From: a virus
Taxonomy: Duplodnaviria; Heunggongvirae; Uroviricota; Caudoviricetes
Reading direction: 5' to 3' (one strand)
DNA length: 64,000 nt
Virus record (IMG/VR): IMGVR_UViG_3300014208_000025
Location: 116,967-180,966 of that record
A model generated the notes under the pieces. The model saw only the letters and a program-made list of their open reading frames with translations, did no database searches and was not told the origin of the DNA. Both the position numbers and the translations under genes were made by a program. Shown piece after piece: positions 27,589 to 36,342 of the stretch (its first letter is position 1; every line of letters starts with the position of its first letter).

Positions 27589-29052
27589 TTACTTCTTCGG
27601 TGCGTTTGGGATTCCAGCGAGTTTCTTGAATCTATCCGCCATCGCGTTACTCTCAGTAATAATCTGAGCAGGTTTCGTAGATGCTACTGTCTTAGATGCG
27701 AGTCCTTCGGTAATCTGAGTAACACTTCTCTTAATCAATGGCTTGGTAGCCACTGGCTTTGAGTTGATACTCTTACCAAAATTTAGCGACTCCGCCAACA
27801 AGGCGTAGGCCAATTTCACTTCACGAACGCTCTTGGTCAGGTCAAATGATTCAACGATTTTCATTCTGTATGAATCGTCAAGAACCCCTGCGAACTCCTT
27901 AAACAACTTGTTCGTGTAAAGCAGTTTGGCGTTGAGCAGATTAACCTCATTAATTTGTCCACGGAGGAAACGGATAGCGTCGTAAGATTCCTTGAGGGCA
28001 GTCTTATACTTGGCTACTTCTGAAAGGCCGCCGACAGAGCCGGCGCCAATGTTTCCTTTACCGGAAATATTGTGATTCTTACCCGTAAGTTGTTTCTTAC
28101 TGGCATCTTGTGGTGCGGCTGGATAACCCTTGACTCCGCCTGATTTGTCCTGGCCGTCAACGTTCTTTGGAACGCCGTTTTCAACAGCTTCATCGACTTT
28201 TTCTTCCTTGTCGTCGTCATCCTTCTCACCTTTTTCGCCCTTCTTTGCGAGCCACGGCGGTAGTTTTCCTTCCTTGACGGATTCTTCTTCCTCTTCAGCC
28301 TCTTCATTTAATGAAGCAAGCAATTCTTCGAGGTTGATTTCTTCATCGCCTTCGGTTGGGGGAACTTCACCAACTGGCTCGGTTCCGTCCAATGCTGGGT
28401 CAAGTGGGGCTGGTGCGGCACTCGGAACTGTTCCGGCTGCACATGCTGGGTCACAAACTGGTGCTGGAGCCGGTGCGGCTCCCATTTCATCACCATCAGG
28501 CTCACCGACCGGTGCGGCAGGTGGTAATTGAGCGGCTGGATCGCCTTCAACAGGAGGCAATTCTGCAGCAGGTTGAGGTTCACCCTCTTCTTCGCCCGAT
28601 ACTTCTTGTTCCAGTTCCTTGATGATTTCATCCAAATCTTCAGATGTTAAACCGGCTTCGGCAACAACTTCTTCTTGTTCCTCAGTTTCGGTTACTATAC
28701 TCTGTTTTGCAGCTGGGGCTTTTGAGCCGGCAGCTCCTTCCGAACCTCCGACTGCAATGGTTTTAAAATCTTTCTTTGCAGATGAACCTTTATGTGGTTC
28801 CCCTTTGGAAACGGCTTTTGTCGTTGGTCCTTTGGCTTCTCCACCCTTACCGGATACTTGGTTAGGAGCTTCTACTTCGGATACCATTTCTTCTTGTTCT
28901 TCTTCAGAATCCTCTTTCAACTTCTCGGCAAACATTGCTTCAAAACGAGGAGCGAAGGCTTCTTCAAGCGATGCTTTGGCATTGGCGAGAGCAGTAGCTC
29001 TTACTGCCTTTGCGTCGGCGATGGCTTCTTTTAGCAATTCACTGTTAATCAT
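27589..29052 (-). CDS. prohead scaffold/core protein (gp22-like, acidic, low complexity)
   Basis: Immediately upstream of the gp23-like gene. Highly acidic, A/E/P/G-rich, predicted helical N- and C-termini. Confidence 0.5.
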   Translation of the reverse strand: MINSELLKEAIADAKAVRATALANAKASLEEAFAPRFEAMFAEKLKEDSEEEQEEMVSEVEAPNQVSGKGGEAKGPTTKAVSKGEPHKGSSAKKDFKTIAVGGSEGAAGSKAPAAKQSIVTETEEQEEVVAEAGLTSEDLDEIIKELEQEVSGEEEGEPQPAAELPPVEGDPAAQLPPAAPVGEPDGDEMGAAPAPAPVCDPACAAGTVPSAAPAPLDPALDGTEPVGEVPPTEGDEEINLEELLASLNEEAEEEEESVKEGKLPPWLAKKGEKGEKDDDDKEEKVDEAVENGVPKNVDGQDKSGGVKGYPAAPQDASKKQLTGKNHNISGKGNIGAGSVGGLSEVAKYKTALKESYDAIRFLRGQINEVNLLNAKLLYTNKLFKEFAGVLDDSYRMKIVESFDLTKSVREVKLAYALLAESLNFGKSINSKPVATKPLIKRSVTQITEGLASKTVASTKPAQIITESNAMADRFKKLAGIPNAPKK

Positions 29053-29240
29053 AATATTTTTGTTTCTTTTGTTCTGAACTTATTAGAAGTTCAATGGAAG
29101 TTTGGTTGACCGTGATGGTCACTTTGGCGGCAAAAGATTGCTGCATTTCTACAGATAAATAGAAAAACATTTACCAAAATACGAAAAATCTTTCTGTATG
29201 AAGGAAAACGTTGTGATATTTATGTATGAGATAATATCAT

Positions 29241-29951
29241 ATGCCCGCAAAATCTAAAAAGCAACAACGGTTTTTTGGACTCGTAAGAGCCATTCAAAAA
29301 GGTGATAAATCCGCTAGCACTGCTTCACCCGCAGCTCGTAAAGTAGCGGGTTCTATTAGTGCTAAGGATGCTGGCGACTTCGCCAAATCCGTGGCGGAAC
29401 TCAAAATCAAGAAGGCCGTATTGGAAATCTTGAAAGACGCTCGTGAACCCATGTATCTTGAGGAACAAGAAACCAATCCGGTTGCCAAGACATTCACCAT
29501 CAAGGATGATTTTGAACGTTACGCAAAACGTTATGTAGGGCAACCATTCTCTCCCAAAGAACTCGAAGCCCTTGATACTTTTCAAGAAACCAAACCAACC
29601 AAAATTGACCGCATTGAAATTCGATATGAAACTACCGACGAGTTTCAAAACACAACTTCCACAATTCTGAAAAAAATGAAGGATAGTGGTCAGTTCTGTT
29701 TTACCGCTTTCACCAAACACACTAAAATTGAGTCCGAAGAAGAACCTGAGACGAGTGATGAACCAACCGGCGAACCGGTAATGGGTGGCAACGAACCGGC
29801 TCCGGGAAGCCTTTCGATGAAGGAACAACAAGATCCGGCTCCAATGGATGAACCAAAGGATGATATCATTGTAACCAAATCAACATTGTTTAATGATGAC
29901 ATAAAGGGTGCTGCGGTTCTTGCGGAATTTTTAAAAAAACTCGACCTATGA
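29241..29951 (+). CDS. hypothetical protein, basic N-terminus, acidic C-terminus
   Basis: ORF. Divergent from the scaffold gene. Confidence 0.4.
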   Translation: MPAKSKKQQRFFGLVRAIQKGDKSASTASPAARKVAGSISAKDAGDFAKSVAELKIKKAVLEILKDAREPMYLEEQETNPVAKTFTIKDDFERYAKRYVGQPFSPKELEALDTFQETKPTKIDRIEIRYETTDEFQNTTSTILKKMKDSGQFCFTAFTKHTKIESEEEPETSDEPTGEPVMGGNEPAPGSLSMKEQQDPAPMDEPKDDIIVTKSTLFNDDIKGAAVLAEFLKKLDL

Positions 29952-30250
29952 TAAAATTGAAGGAAATACTTCATCGCCTCCACGCTGAGAACGAACAAGG
30001 TCTAACTGAAGTTGATAGTTGGAAAATCACGGATGCCGACTATTTGACAGACATGGGGTTTACCATTGATGGTATGTATCATTTCGGGTTGAAGAAACCT
30101 GAGATAAAGATTGCTCACAAAAAGGGTCAGGGCTTCATCGTTGAAGACATGACCAAAAACAGAAAACAAGTTTTTCCCAAGTTTACCGAACTGATGGAAT
30201 ACTTTTCAAAGTATCAACAACGTTGGGAACGGGAACCATATTCAGAATGA
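29948..30250 (+). CDS. hypothetical protein with MIKLK leader
   Basis: MIKLKEILHR. ATGA overlap with the upstream stop. Confidence 0.35.
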   Translation: MIKLKEILHRLHAENEQGLTEVDSWKITDADYLTDMGFTIDGMYHFGLKKPEIKIAHKKGQGFIVEDMTKNRKQVFPKFTELMEYFSKYQQRWEREPYSE

Positions 30251-30867
30251 TTAAAGAATACAAAAGAAATTGTCCTACATGTGATAGAGTTTTGTATTAC
30301 ACACGAAATTTTAGCATGGTTGACGCCAACAGAAAAAATAGTAAATGTTCTTTTTGTCGCAATAGTGGCGAAAATAATCCGATGTTTGGAAAGCCCGGTA
30401 CTAAAGGAATGTCTGGCAAAAAACAATCATTGGAATTTCGTAAAAACTTATCTGAAAGATTGATTGGTAAACCCATATTAGAAGAAACGAAGAAAAAGAT
30501 ATCGTTTTCTGTAAAATTAGCAATGAAACGGCCTGATGTTAAACAGAAAATCTATGATTCCTTGTCAAAAACAAAATATCTAAAAGTCAGAACTGACAAA
30601 GGCCAATTGGAATTGTTAAAACGTTGGAATGCCTTGGGGTTTAATTTTGAACCTAATTATCAATTACACACCAACGATTTTTTATATTATGTTGATGGTT
30701 ATGACAAAGAAAAAAATGTTGTGCTAGAATACGACGGTAAATATCATAGATATCCATATCAGCAAAAAAAGGATTTGGTTCGGCAACAACAAATTATTTC
30801 CTTTCTTAATCCCAAAAAGTTTTGGCGATACAATTCCGAAACTAAACAATTCGCCGATGTTTTGTAA
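30223..30867 (+). CDS. homing-endonuclease-like protein: N-terminal zinc ribbon plus NUMOD3 repeat, C-terminal putative PD-DxK-like nuclease domain
   Basis: CPTCDRV...CSFC. GENNPMFGKPGTKGMSGK. C-terminus YVDGYD...VVLEYDGKYH. Paralog of 51801-52487. Confidence 0.45.
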   Translation: MGTGTIFRMIKEYKRNCPTCDRVLYYTRNFSMVDANRKNSKCSFCRNSGENNPMFGKPGTKGMSGKKQSLEFRKNLSERLIGKPILEETKKKISFSVKLAMKRPDVKQKIYDSLSKTKYLKVRTDKGQLELLKRWNALGFNFEPNYQLHTNDFLYYVDGYDKEKNVVLEYDGKYHRYPYQQKKDLVRQQQIISFLNPKKFWRYNSETKQFADVL

Positions 30868-31429
30868 CATTCACTCCTATTTATTAGAGAAAGATAACTA
30901 TATGACACGTCAGAACCTTCAAGTCCACGAATTTAGTCTCAAGAGGATTTTAGAAAACCTCGATAACATTCCATCCAACGGCAAGTTCGGGGATGAACCA
31001 AAAAAGTTATCCCCACAAGACAAGAAGAAACTCATGGATGCGGTTTCCAAATTCAATGAATATGGAAAAGTTCTGCGTTGTGAAACTGCTCTTATGGAAA
31101 CCGCCAAGACACTAGATGAAATAGCTAATTTGGCTGAAATCTATGCCATGACCGAATCCTCCGACTTTTTTCAAGGTCGTGTTGTGGAACGTGATTTCAA
31201 ACAAGTCAAAGGTATCACTAAGGATTTTAAGAAACTCGCTCAAGAATGTCATGGCAAGATTCAACAGTTAAATGCTCTCTACGAAGACTTGGGACATCTA
31301 TTTGGTCGGTATTATGAAATCAAGACCTTGGATGAAATGATTGCGGATCAAAACCAAGAAGTTTCTGTACCGGCTCCACAATCAGGTCAAATCGTATCAG
31401 AAGTTGCTGAAGAAGAGGAAGAAGAATAA
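30857..31429 (+). CDS. hypothetical protein, poly-Glu C-terminus
   Basis: ORF. A strong terminator follows. Confidence 0.35.
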   Translation: MFCNIHSYLLEKDNYMTRQNLQVHEFSLKRILENLDNIPSNGKFGDEPKKLSPQDKKKLMDAVSKFNEYGKVLRCETALMETAKTLDEIANLAEIYAMTESSDFFQGRVVERDFKQVKGITKDFKKLAQECHGKIQQLNALYEDLGHLFGRYYEIKTLDEMIADQNQEVSVPAPQSGQIVSEVAEEEEEE

Positions 31430-31445
31430 TTTGCAGTTCGGAATG

Positions 31446-31481
31446 GGGAAGGTGGCCAAGAAATTGGCCGCCTTCTTTTAT
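31446..31481 (+). terminator. rho-independent terminator (GNRA tetraloop hairpin plus U-run)
   Basis: aaggtggccaa-GAAA-ttggccgcctt then cttttat. 11-bp stem with one G-U pair. Confidence 0.6.
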
Positions 31482-31487
31482 GTCCAC

Positions 31488-31530
31488 GCATAAAGGGCAC
31501 CGACTTTCGCCGATGCCCTTTGGCGGCCTT
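31488..31530 (-). terminator. putative terminator for the convergent SPFH operon
   Basis: 10-bp stem with one mismatch (aagggcaccg / cgatgccctt). On the minus strand it is followed by only a short ttta run. Confidence 0.35.
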
Positions 31531-31540
31531 CCAAACGTGC

Positions 31541-32443
31541 TTACTTGTTCGTGATACTTCCAACATTGATGAACGGAATAGCTCCAGAAGTTACTTGGGG
31601 CAGAATACCATTCCACTTATCCAAAGCAATGCTTTGTAACACCAAGGGATTCTTGACTAATGATTCGGCAATGACCGTGTTAGCGTCAGCTTGAGCTTTT
31701 GCCTTCAACATGATTGACTGAGCTTCACCTTCAGCATTGGCAATCTTGACTCGCTTTTCACCTTCGGCTTTGGCGGCTGCTTGGTCGGCTTCAGCCTTGG
31801 TTTGTTGAACCTTCAACTCGGATGCAGATGTTTGTTGTTTCTGAGCAATGATGGAGTTAATCGCGGCTTCAATCTTTTCATCAACATGCAGTTTGTTGGC
31901 AAAAGTAATGTAGTCAACTTCCCACCAGGTTCCAGTGCGAGCCTTTACTTCGGTCTTGACTTCATCAAGAAATGCACCACGTTTTTCACCGATGATTTCC
32001 ATTGGGTCATACTTTGATGCAATTCTACCGAGGGCATCCCGAACTTCATTACGAAGATAACCATGAATGATGTGGAATGGGTCGGTGCGAAACTTTACAA
32101 ACGTATGTGGAATCTGTTCGTTTACAAAGCGACCTGACATGGAAACGTCAGCTTTGATGGCCGCACCACCTTTACAGTTGAAGGAAATGGCTTCATCGGT
32201 TGGGCTACCTTCCGTGACGGCTTCACACCAAATGACGTTCTGTTGGAATGTGGGATATTCATAGACCCGAGTAGTCAATGGGAAATAGAAGACCCAACCC
32301 GTCTGTTGGGGGTAGTTTTCTACTCCTTTTTCAGACCCCGATTGATTGACTTTGATGCCAACATAGCCGGGTTCAATCCGTGTGCATCCTGTAATGGCGA
32401 GAACCGTTACACAGGCAAATAATGTTGTAATTAGCTTTTTCAT
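31541..32443 (-). CDS. SPFH/band-7 (stomatin/prohibitin/HflKC-like) lipoprotein
   Basis: Signal peptide with lipobox LAITGC. SPFH core plus Ala/Gln/Lys-rich coiled coil (ASELKVQQTKAEADQAAAKAEGEKRVKIANAEGEAQ). Confidence 0.7.
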   Translation of the reverse strand: MKKLITTLFACVTVLAITGCTRIEPGYVGIKVNQSGSEKGVENYPQQTGWVFYFPLTTRVYEYPTFQQNVIWCEAVTEGSPTDEAISFNCKGGAAIKADVSMSGRFVNEQIPHTFVKFRTDPFHIIHGYLRNEVRDALGRIASKYDPMEIIGEKRGAFLDEVKTEVKARTGTWWEVDYITFANKLHVDEKIEAAINSIIAQKQQTSASELKVQQTKAEADQAAAKAEGEKRVKIANAEGEAQSIMLKAKAQADANTVIAESLVKNPLVLQSIALDKWNGILPQVTSGAIPFINVGSITNK

Positions 32444-32458
32444 ACGTGTTTGTTTTGT

Positions 32459-32710
32459 TTATTTTGATGTTGCGATACAGACTCCTCCAAGGTAGCCTAA
32501 AATTAAGAATGTGAGCCAGCCACCGAAAGCGGCCAAAACCCAACACGCCACCACTTTCAATACTGCGACGAAGGAAACGGCAACTGTTCCTTTAATCAAC
32601 AGAATAATGGTGTAAATGCTGTAGGCAAACATGCCAAGGCCCACACCAAGACCGCTAACTACGGCGAAAATCATTAGGAGGGCACCAAAAATTACAAGGA
32701 ATTTGTTCAT
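32459..32710 (-). CDS. small membrane protein (2 predicted TM helices)
   Basis: Highly hydrophobic 83-aa ORF directly upstream of the SPFH gene. Confidence 0.4.
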   Translation of the reverse strand: MNKFLVIFGALLMIFAVVSGLGVGLGMFAYSIYTIILLIKGTVAVSFVAVLKVVACWVLAAFGGWLTFLILGYLGGVCIATSK

Positions 32711-32716
32711 GGAGAA

Positions 32717-32947
32717 TTAGGAGTTGAATTTTTTGATATAGTAAATGATTTCACGAACGACGACGGTGATGAGTCCGCCAACAATTAGTGCAGACAAAAC
32801 AAGGCCGAGTGCGAATGTCAAGGTGTTAGCGGTTGTCATTAAAGCGGCAGACCAACTCCCCAACAAAATAGTCACCAAAACGACCAATATGTAATAGACA
32901 AGTTTCCGGGTGACTATCCAACCCAACGATTTCCAATTTGTGTTCAT
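32717..32947 (-). CDS. small membrane protein (2 predicted TM helices)
   Basis: Hydrophobic 76-aa ORF. First gene of the putative three-gene membrane operon. Confidence 0.4.
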   Translation of the reverse strand: MNTNWKSLGWIVTRKLVYYILVVLVTILLGSWSAALMTTANTLTFALGLVLSALIVGGLITVVVREIIYYIKKFNS

Positions 32948-33039
32948 GATTTATGTGGCAATGTAACGTAGATATAATATCAGACTACCGAACAAATGTC
33001 AACTACAATCAGATGACTTTTTTTTATATCTCATTTGAT

Positions 33040-34212
33040 TTATTGTATCCCTCCATATGCAGCAGTATCAATAAATGTTGAGTCATCATTCTTAGTATGA
33101 TACCCCTCAAATAGTTCATGATAAAGGTTATTAACCTTTCCAAAATCAACTGACTTCCGTAAAGTTGTTGATTTATACGCATTATCCAATTGAATTTGCA
33201 TGTCCTTGGCAAAATCCATAACCGTTTCATAAGACCAAGCTCCATTCTTTACGGCCAAAATTTCTTCTCGATCAGTACGCTTCACGATAACCTTACCCTG
33301 CGTCAAAATTTCATAACCCATTCGCATGAGCCGAACAAGATGGGAAGCGTGCTTCGTGTCATAGCCGGATTTGACTTCAAGTTCTCGACGTGCTGGATTT
33401 CTTTCCGCCTTCCAACGTATCCATGACTTGTAGTTACTCATGGCCTTGTCATACGCTCGTTCCTTGTTGATTAGTTCGATGACTTCATCTTTTAAGGATA
33501 GGTCTTTTCGAATCTTTTCAATCACGCCAGCGGCATACGCATCCGGCCAATTATCCCAAGAAACCTTCTTGCTAGAAAGTTCTGCGATAAGTGTCCAAAT
33601 CGTTTCCTTCAAGTCGGCCCGATTTTGTTCATCCATCGGATACTGATTGAGATTCCACTGTTCCACCTTGGACTTGATGTAACCGAACACTTCCGTTGTG
33701 CCCTTCGTGAGTTCCGGTGGAAGACCAAACTGTTCCCGTGTCGGCGGCGACAATTCGCCCATGACAATCCACTTGCGATGACGTTCAATCTTTGCTAATT
33801 GTGCCCATGCGTACCCTCCGAACGTGAACTTAGCCTTTGAAGAAAGAAATAAATCTCTGTTTTCAAGTAGTTTATTCATTGTTGGTGTCATCATCAAAAA
33901 ATCTGTAGGGTCAACCCATAAAAGTTCCATGATATTTGGATTCACATTAGCCGCAAGAATCATGAATTTTCTAAGAGAATACACCGTAGATTCCACTTTT
34001 GGATTCTTTGGATTTTTAAGATGGTCAAATCTCTTATGGAGTTCAACATCATTTTCAGATTGTTCAAAACGATGAAACAAGTCATATTCTACTGTTGATG
34101 GGGGGGCAACAATTCCCTTTAAGTCAAGGTCGGATAATTCGTTGGCAAGGCCGTAGCATTGACTACCATGTTTCGTCATGAAAATTAGATTGTCGTAAAA
34201 CCACTTGTTCAT
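33040..34212 (-). CDS. Pol-beta-superfamily nucleotidyltransferase (RlaP/pfam10127-like)
   Basis: HGSQCYGLANELSDLDLKG = G-S-x(9)-S-D-x-D nucleotidyltransferase signature near the N-terminus. About 390 aa. Confidence 0.55.
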   Translation of the reverse strand: MNKWFYDNLIFMTKHGSQCYGLANELSDLDLKGIVAPPSTVEYDLFHRFEQSENDVELHKRFDHLKNPKNPKVESTVYSLRKFMILAANVNPNIMELLWVDPTDFLMMTPTMNKLLENRDLFLSSKAKFTFGGYAWAQLAKIERHRKWIVMGELSPPTREQFGLPPELTKGTTEVFGYIKSKVEQWNLNQYPMDEQNRADLKETIWTLIAELSSKKVSWDNWPDAYAAGVIEKIRKDLSLKDEVIELINKERAYDKAMSNYKSWIRWKAERNPARRELEVKSGYDTKHASHLVRLMRMGYEILTQGKVIVKRTDREEILAVKNGAWSYETVMDFAKDMQIQLDNAYKSTTLRKSVDFGKVNNLYHELFEGYHTKNDDSTFIDTAAYGGIQ

Positions 34213-34387
34213 AATGTTGTTTCTAAATTGTTTAATCCCAATCTTTGTATTATGTTTCTCGACCTTTTCATGCGACGTAAACGATGACGTTTAGACAATT
34301 GTATATGATTTGGAAATCTATAAAGAAACCCTTTAGGATGATGAAAATAGACACTTGTTAAATTACAGAGGTCAAACCTTTTCACGA

Positions 34388-34609
34388 CTAATTGTGTGTA
34401 ATATCAATCAGTTGAATTTTTATTTGTTCGGGGTGTCTAAATGTAAAATATTGTTTGTCAAAACGATCAATTCTCTCAATTCCACGAGTGGAAACATGGA
34501 TGGCTTCATCTACGGCGGACGCTATTTCCGTTTTTTGTTTGTGTGAAAAAATATATCCACCTGGCATTTCCAATTCAAATTCGGCAGTCAAGGTAAAATG
34601 ATGTTTCAT
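34388..34609 (-). CDS. small hypothetical protein
   Basis: ORF only. Confidence 0.25.
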   Translation of the reverse strand: MKHHFTLTAEFELEMPGGYIFSHKQKTEIASAVDEAIHVSTRGIERIDRFDKQYFTFRHPEQIKIQLIDITHN

Positions 34610-34613
34610 TATA

Positions 34614-35180
34614 TTATGTGTGTGTTATTGGCTCAAATGGTTTCTCACAAAGCAAGTCAACAAATCGCATGATTTCTTTGTAAGTTTTGGAATCGACATC
34701 GAACGACCACCGTTTCGTAGCAACGGAATCAATCCAGTCACGCAACGAAGTTCCAAATTCTTCTGACCGGGCTTTCCAGTCCGCACACATTTCGGCAACA
34801 TATACAGATGGCATTTTGTCAATGCTTCCCCAATATTCTACATGGTGTGGGTTGGTTTGACAATGATTGGAAATAGCAAACTTCATTTTGAGTTTCTTAT
34901 CTGCAACTTCATCCGACGATTTTCCGGGCACAATACTTTCCCATTCAATACCGCGAAATTTACTAGCATCATGTACAAATCCATTGGCAATCAAACGTTT
35001 TCCTAAATCCGTTTCACCTTGATTGATAAGTTTCTCCCCTAAAATCAAACAATTATCCTCCACGTTACGAATGTGACGTGTAAGCGCCCGAATCTTACTC
35101 ATGGTAAGGTCGGCTTCTTTCTTTATTCTATCAGACTTTTTCATAAAACTAAAATCCCATGCCCATACTACCGCCATCAA
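34614..35180 (-). CDS. putative HD-domain phosphohydrolase
   Basis: H...HD...H...D-like spacing (RHIRNV, FVHDASKF, NHCQTNPHH, CADW). Weak. Confidence 0.3.
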   Translation of the reverse strand: MMAVVWAWDFSFMKKSDRIKKEADLTMSKIRALTRHIRNVEDNCLILGEKLINQGETDLGKRLIANGFVHDASKFRGIEWESIVPGKSSDEVADKKLKMKFAISNHCQTNPHHVEYWGSIDKMPSVYVAEMCADWKARSEEFGTSLRDWIDSVATKRWSFDVDSKTYKEIMRFVDLLCEKPFEPITHT

Positions 35181-35677
35181 TAGCCCCCTCCACCGTCGTC
35201 ATAATCTCGGTATGTAGATTCTGAAAACTCTTTTTTGATGGCTTTCAACTCGTCACGAATTTCCATCCAAAGAACCCCAAGGCGATTCTTTCCCGAACCG
35301 TCGCCACCGTCGGCCCAATAACTGTCATTAACCGTATGTTCAACAATGGTGGCATCCTCCGTTGACAGAAGGAGTTTTTCAATCTGTGGATATTGGGCAA
35401 TCTTGGCCATCAACGCCTTTTTCATAACACCTTCCTTGACTTCTTCCCAATCCTTCCTCAAGGGCAAGTCTCTACGACGGCCCATCTCCGCACAAGACCA
35501 CGGGCCTTTACATAATCTTACAGCTTCTTCATGTTCTGTACCCGCGAATTTTTGAGATTGAAAATAATGTTCAGTCGTCTTCCATTCCTTACCATCCAAG
35601 ACGATTGGATGTTTTGAAAAGTTGGAGAAATCCCCATAGGGGTCAGCAATCTTGTAGAAGTTAATCACGGAGTTCAT
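35177..35677 (-). CDS. YbiA/NADAR-domain (DUF1768) protein
   Basis: Near-colinear with E. coli YbiA: INFYK..YGDFSNFS...W.TTEHYFQSQKF...PLRKDWE.VKE.VM.KAL.AK...VEHT.NDSYWADGGDGSGKNRLG.LWMEIR. Confidence 0.85.
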   Translation of the reverse strand: MNSVINFYKIADPYGDFSNFSKHPIVLDGKEWKTTEHYFQSQKFAGTEHEEAVRLCKGPWSCAEMGRRRDLPLRKDWEEVKEGVMKKALMAKIAQYPQIEKLLLSTEDATIVEHTVNDSYWADGGDGSGKNRLGVLWMEIRDELKAIKKEFSESTYRDYDDGGGGY

Positions 35678-35773
35678 ATTTTCTATTCAGTTTTCTTGAC
35701 CAAGCAGAAGTTTCCAAATACCGATACAATTGTATCAATCGTTGGAAACTCGCTGTTGAGTTTGAGTATTCCA

Positions 35774-36289
35774 TTAATCGACATCTTGTTTTGGAACTGG
35801 GCTACCGGCAAACTTTCCATCGGTTACAACCACACGAGTAAGGTCTTTGGTCTTGATTTTGACTTTCTTGGCTTTGGCGAACTTGGGTTTAAGGGATTCA
35901 AATAACTCGACAACGTTGCTGATGATACCCTTGCTCTTCTTTCGTTTTCCAGAAGTGTTTTGAGTCTTGGCCGCGTCAACCAACTTGGAAAGAACTAACC
36001 CGGCATCCGCACCCTCTTCTTGTTGAACTACCCAAGCGCCGATTTCTTTATCTTTTAGAAACCCCTCTTTATCATTTAAAATGACTACATATTCCATTTT
36101 TACTTTTGGTAAATCGTTCCCACCAATATCAATAGGAAGACCACCTGAATCAATTCCTTCTTCTTTAGAATTTTCAACGGCCACTTCTTCAGCAATTTCT
36201 TCAAGTGCTCGTATGATTTCATTTACTTTAATTGGGTCTATCTTTTTTTCCAACAGCACCGACTCTACTTCGTCTATATTTATTTTCAT
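35774..36289 (-). CDS. hypothetical acidic protein
   Basis: ORF. TATAAATA on its sense strand about 41 nt upstream of the ATG. Confidence 0.35.
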   Translation of the reverse strand: MKINIDEVESVLLEKKIDPIKVNEIIRALEEIAEEVAVENSKEEGIDSGGLPIDIGGNDLPKVKMEYVVILNDKEGFLKDKEIGAWVVQQEEGADAGLVLSKLVDAAKTQNTSGKRKKSKGIISNVVELFESLKPKFAKAKKVKIKTKDLTRVVVTDGKFAGSPVPKQDVD

Positions 36290-36330
36290 ATGTTGTTACC
36301 TTTTTGTTACCGTTTGATTAATTTCAACTC

Positions 36331-36338
36331 TATTTATA
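36331..36338 (-). promoter_or_regulatory. T4 late-promoter-like octamer TATAAATA (minus-strand sense)
   Basis: Plus-strand tatttata reads TATAAATA on the minus strand. 41 nt upstream of the ATG at 36289. Also 5 nt upstream of the plus-strand GIY-YIG gene. Confidence 0.4.
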
Positions 36339-36342
36339 CCAT

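Noticed and set aside
28014-29077. Alternative-frame ORFs (28130-28531, 28308-28631, 28619-29077 and others) overlapping the scaffold gene
   Set aside because: They are produced by the low-complexity GC-richer Ala/Glu/Pro-coding repeat. Their products are compositionally biased (Ser/Pro/Gly). The minus-strand 487-aa acidic ORF next to the capsid gene is the coherent call.
29053-29240. tRNA genes in the larger intergenic gaps (29053-29240, 34213-34387, 46100-46261), expected because a CCA-adding enzyme is encoded
   Set aside because: No cloverleaf-compatible sequence or GTTC-type T-loop motif was seen by eye. Not excluded elsewhere in the genome. tRNAscan on the full genome would settle it.
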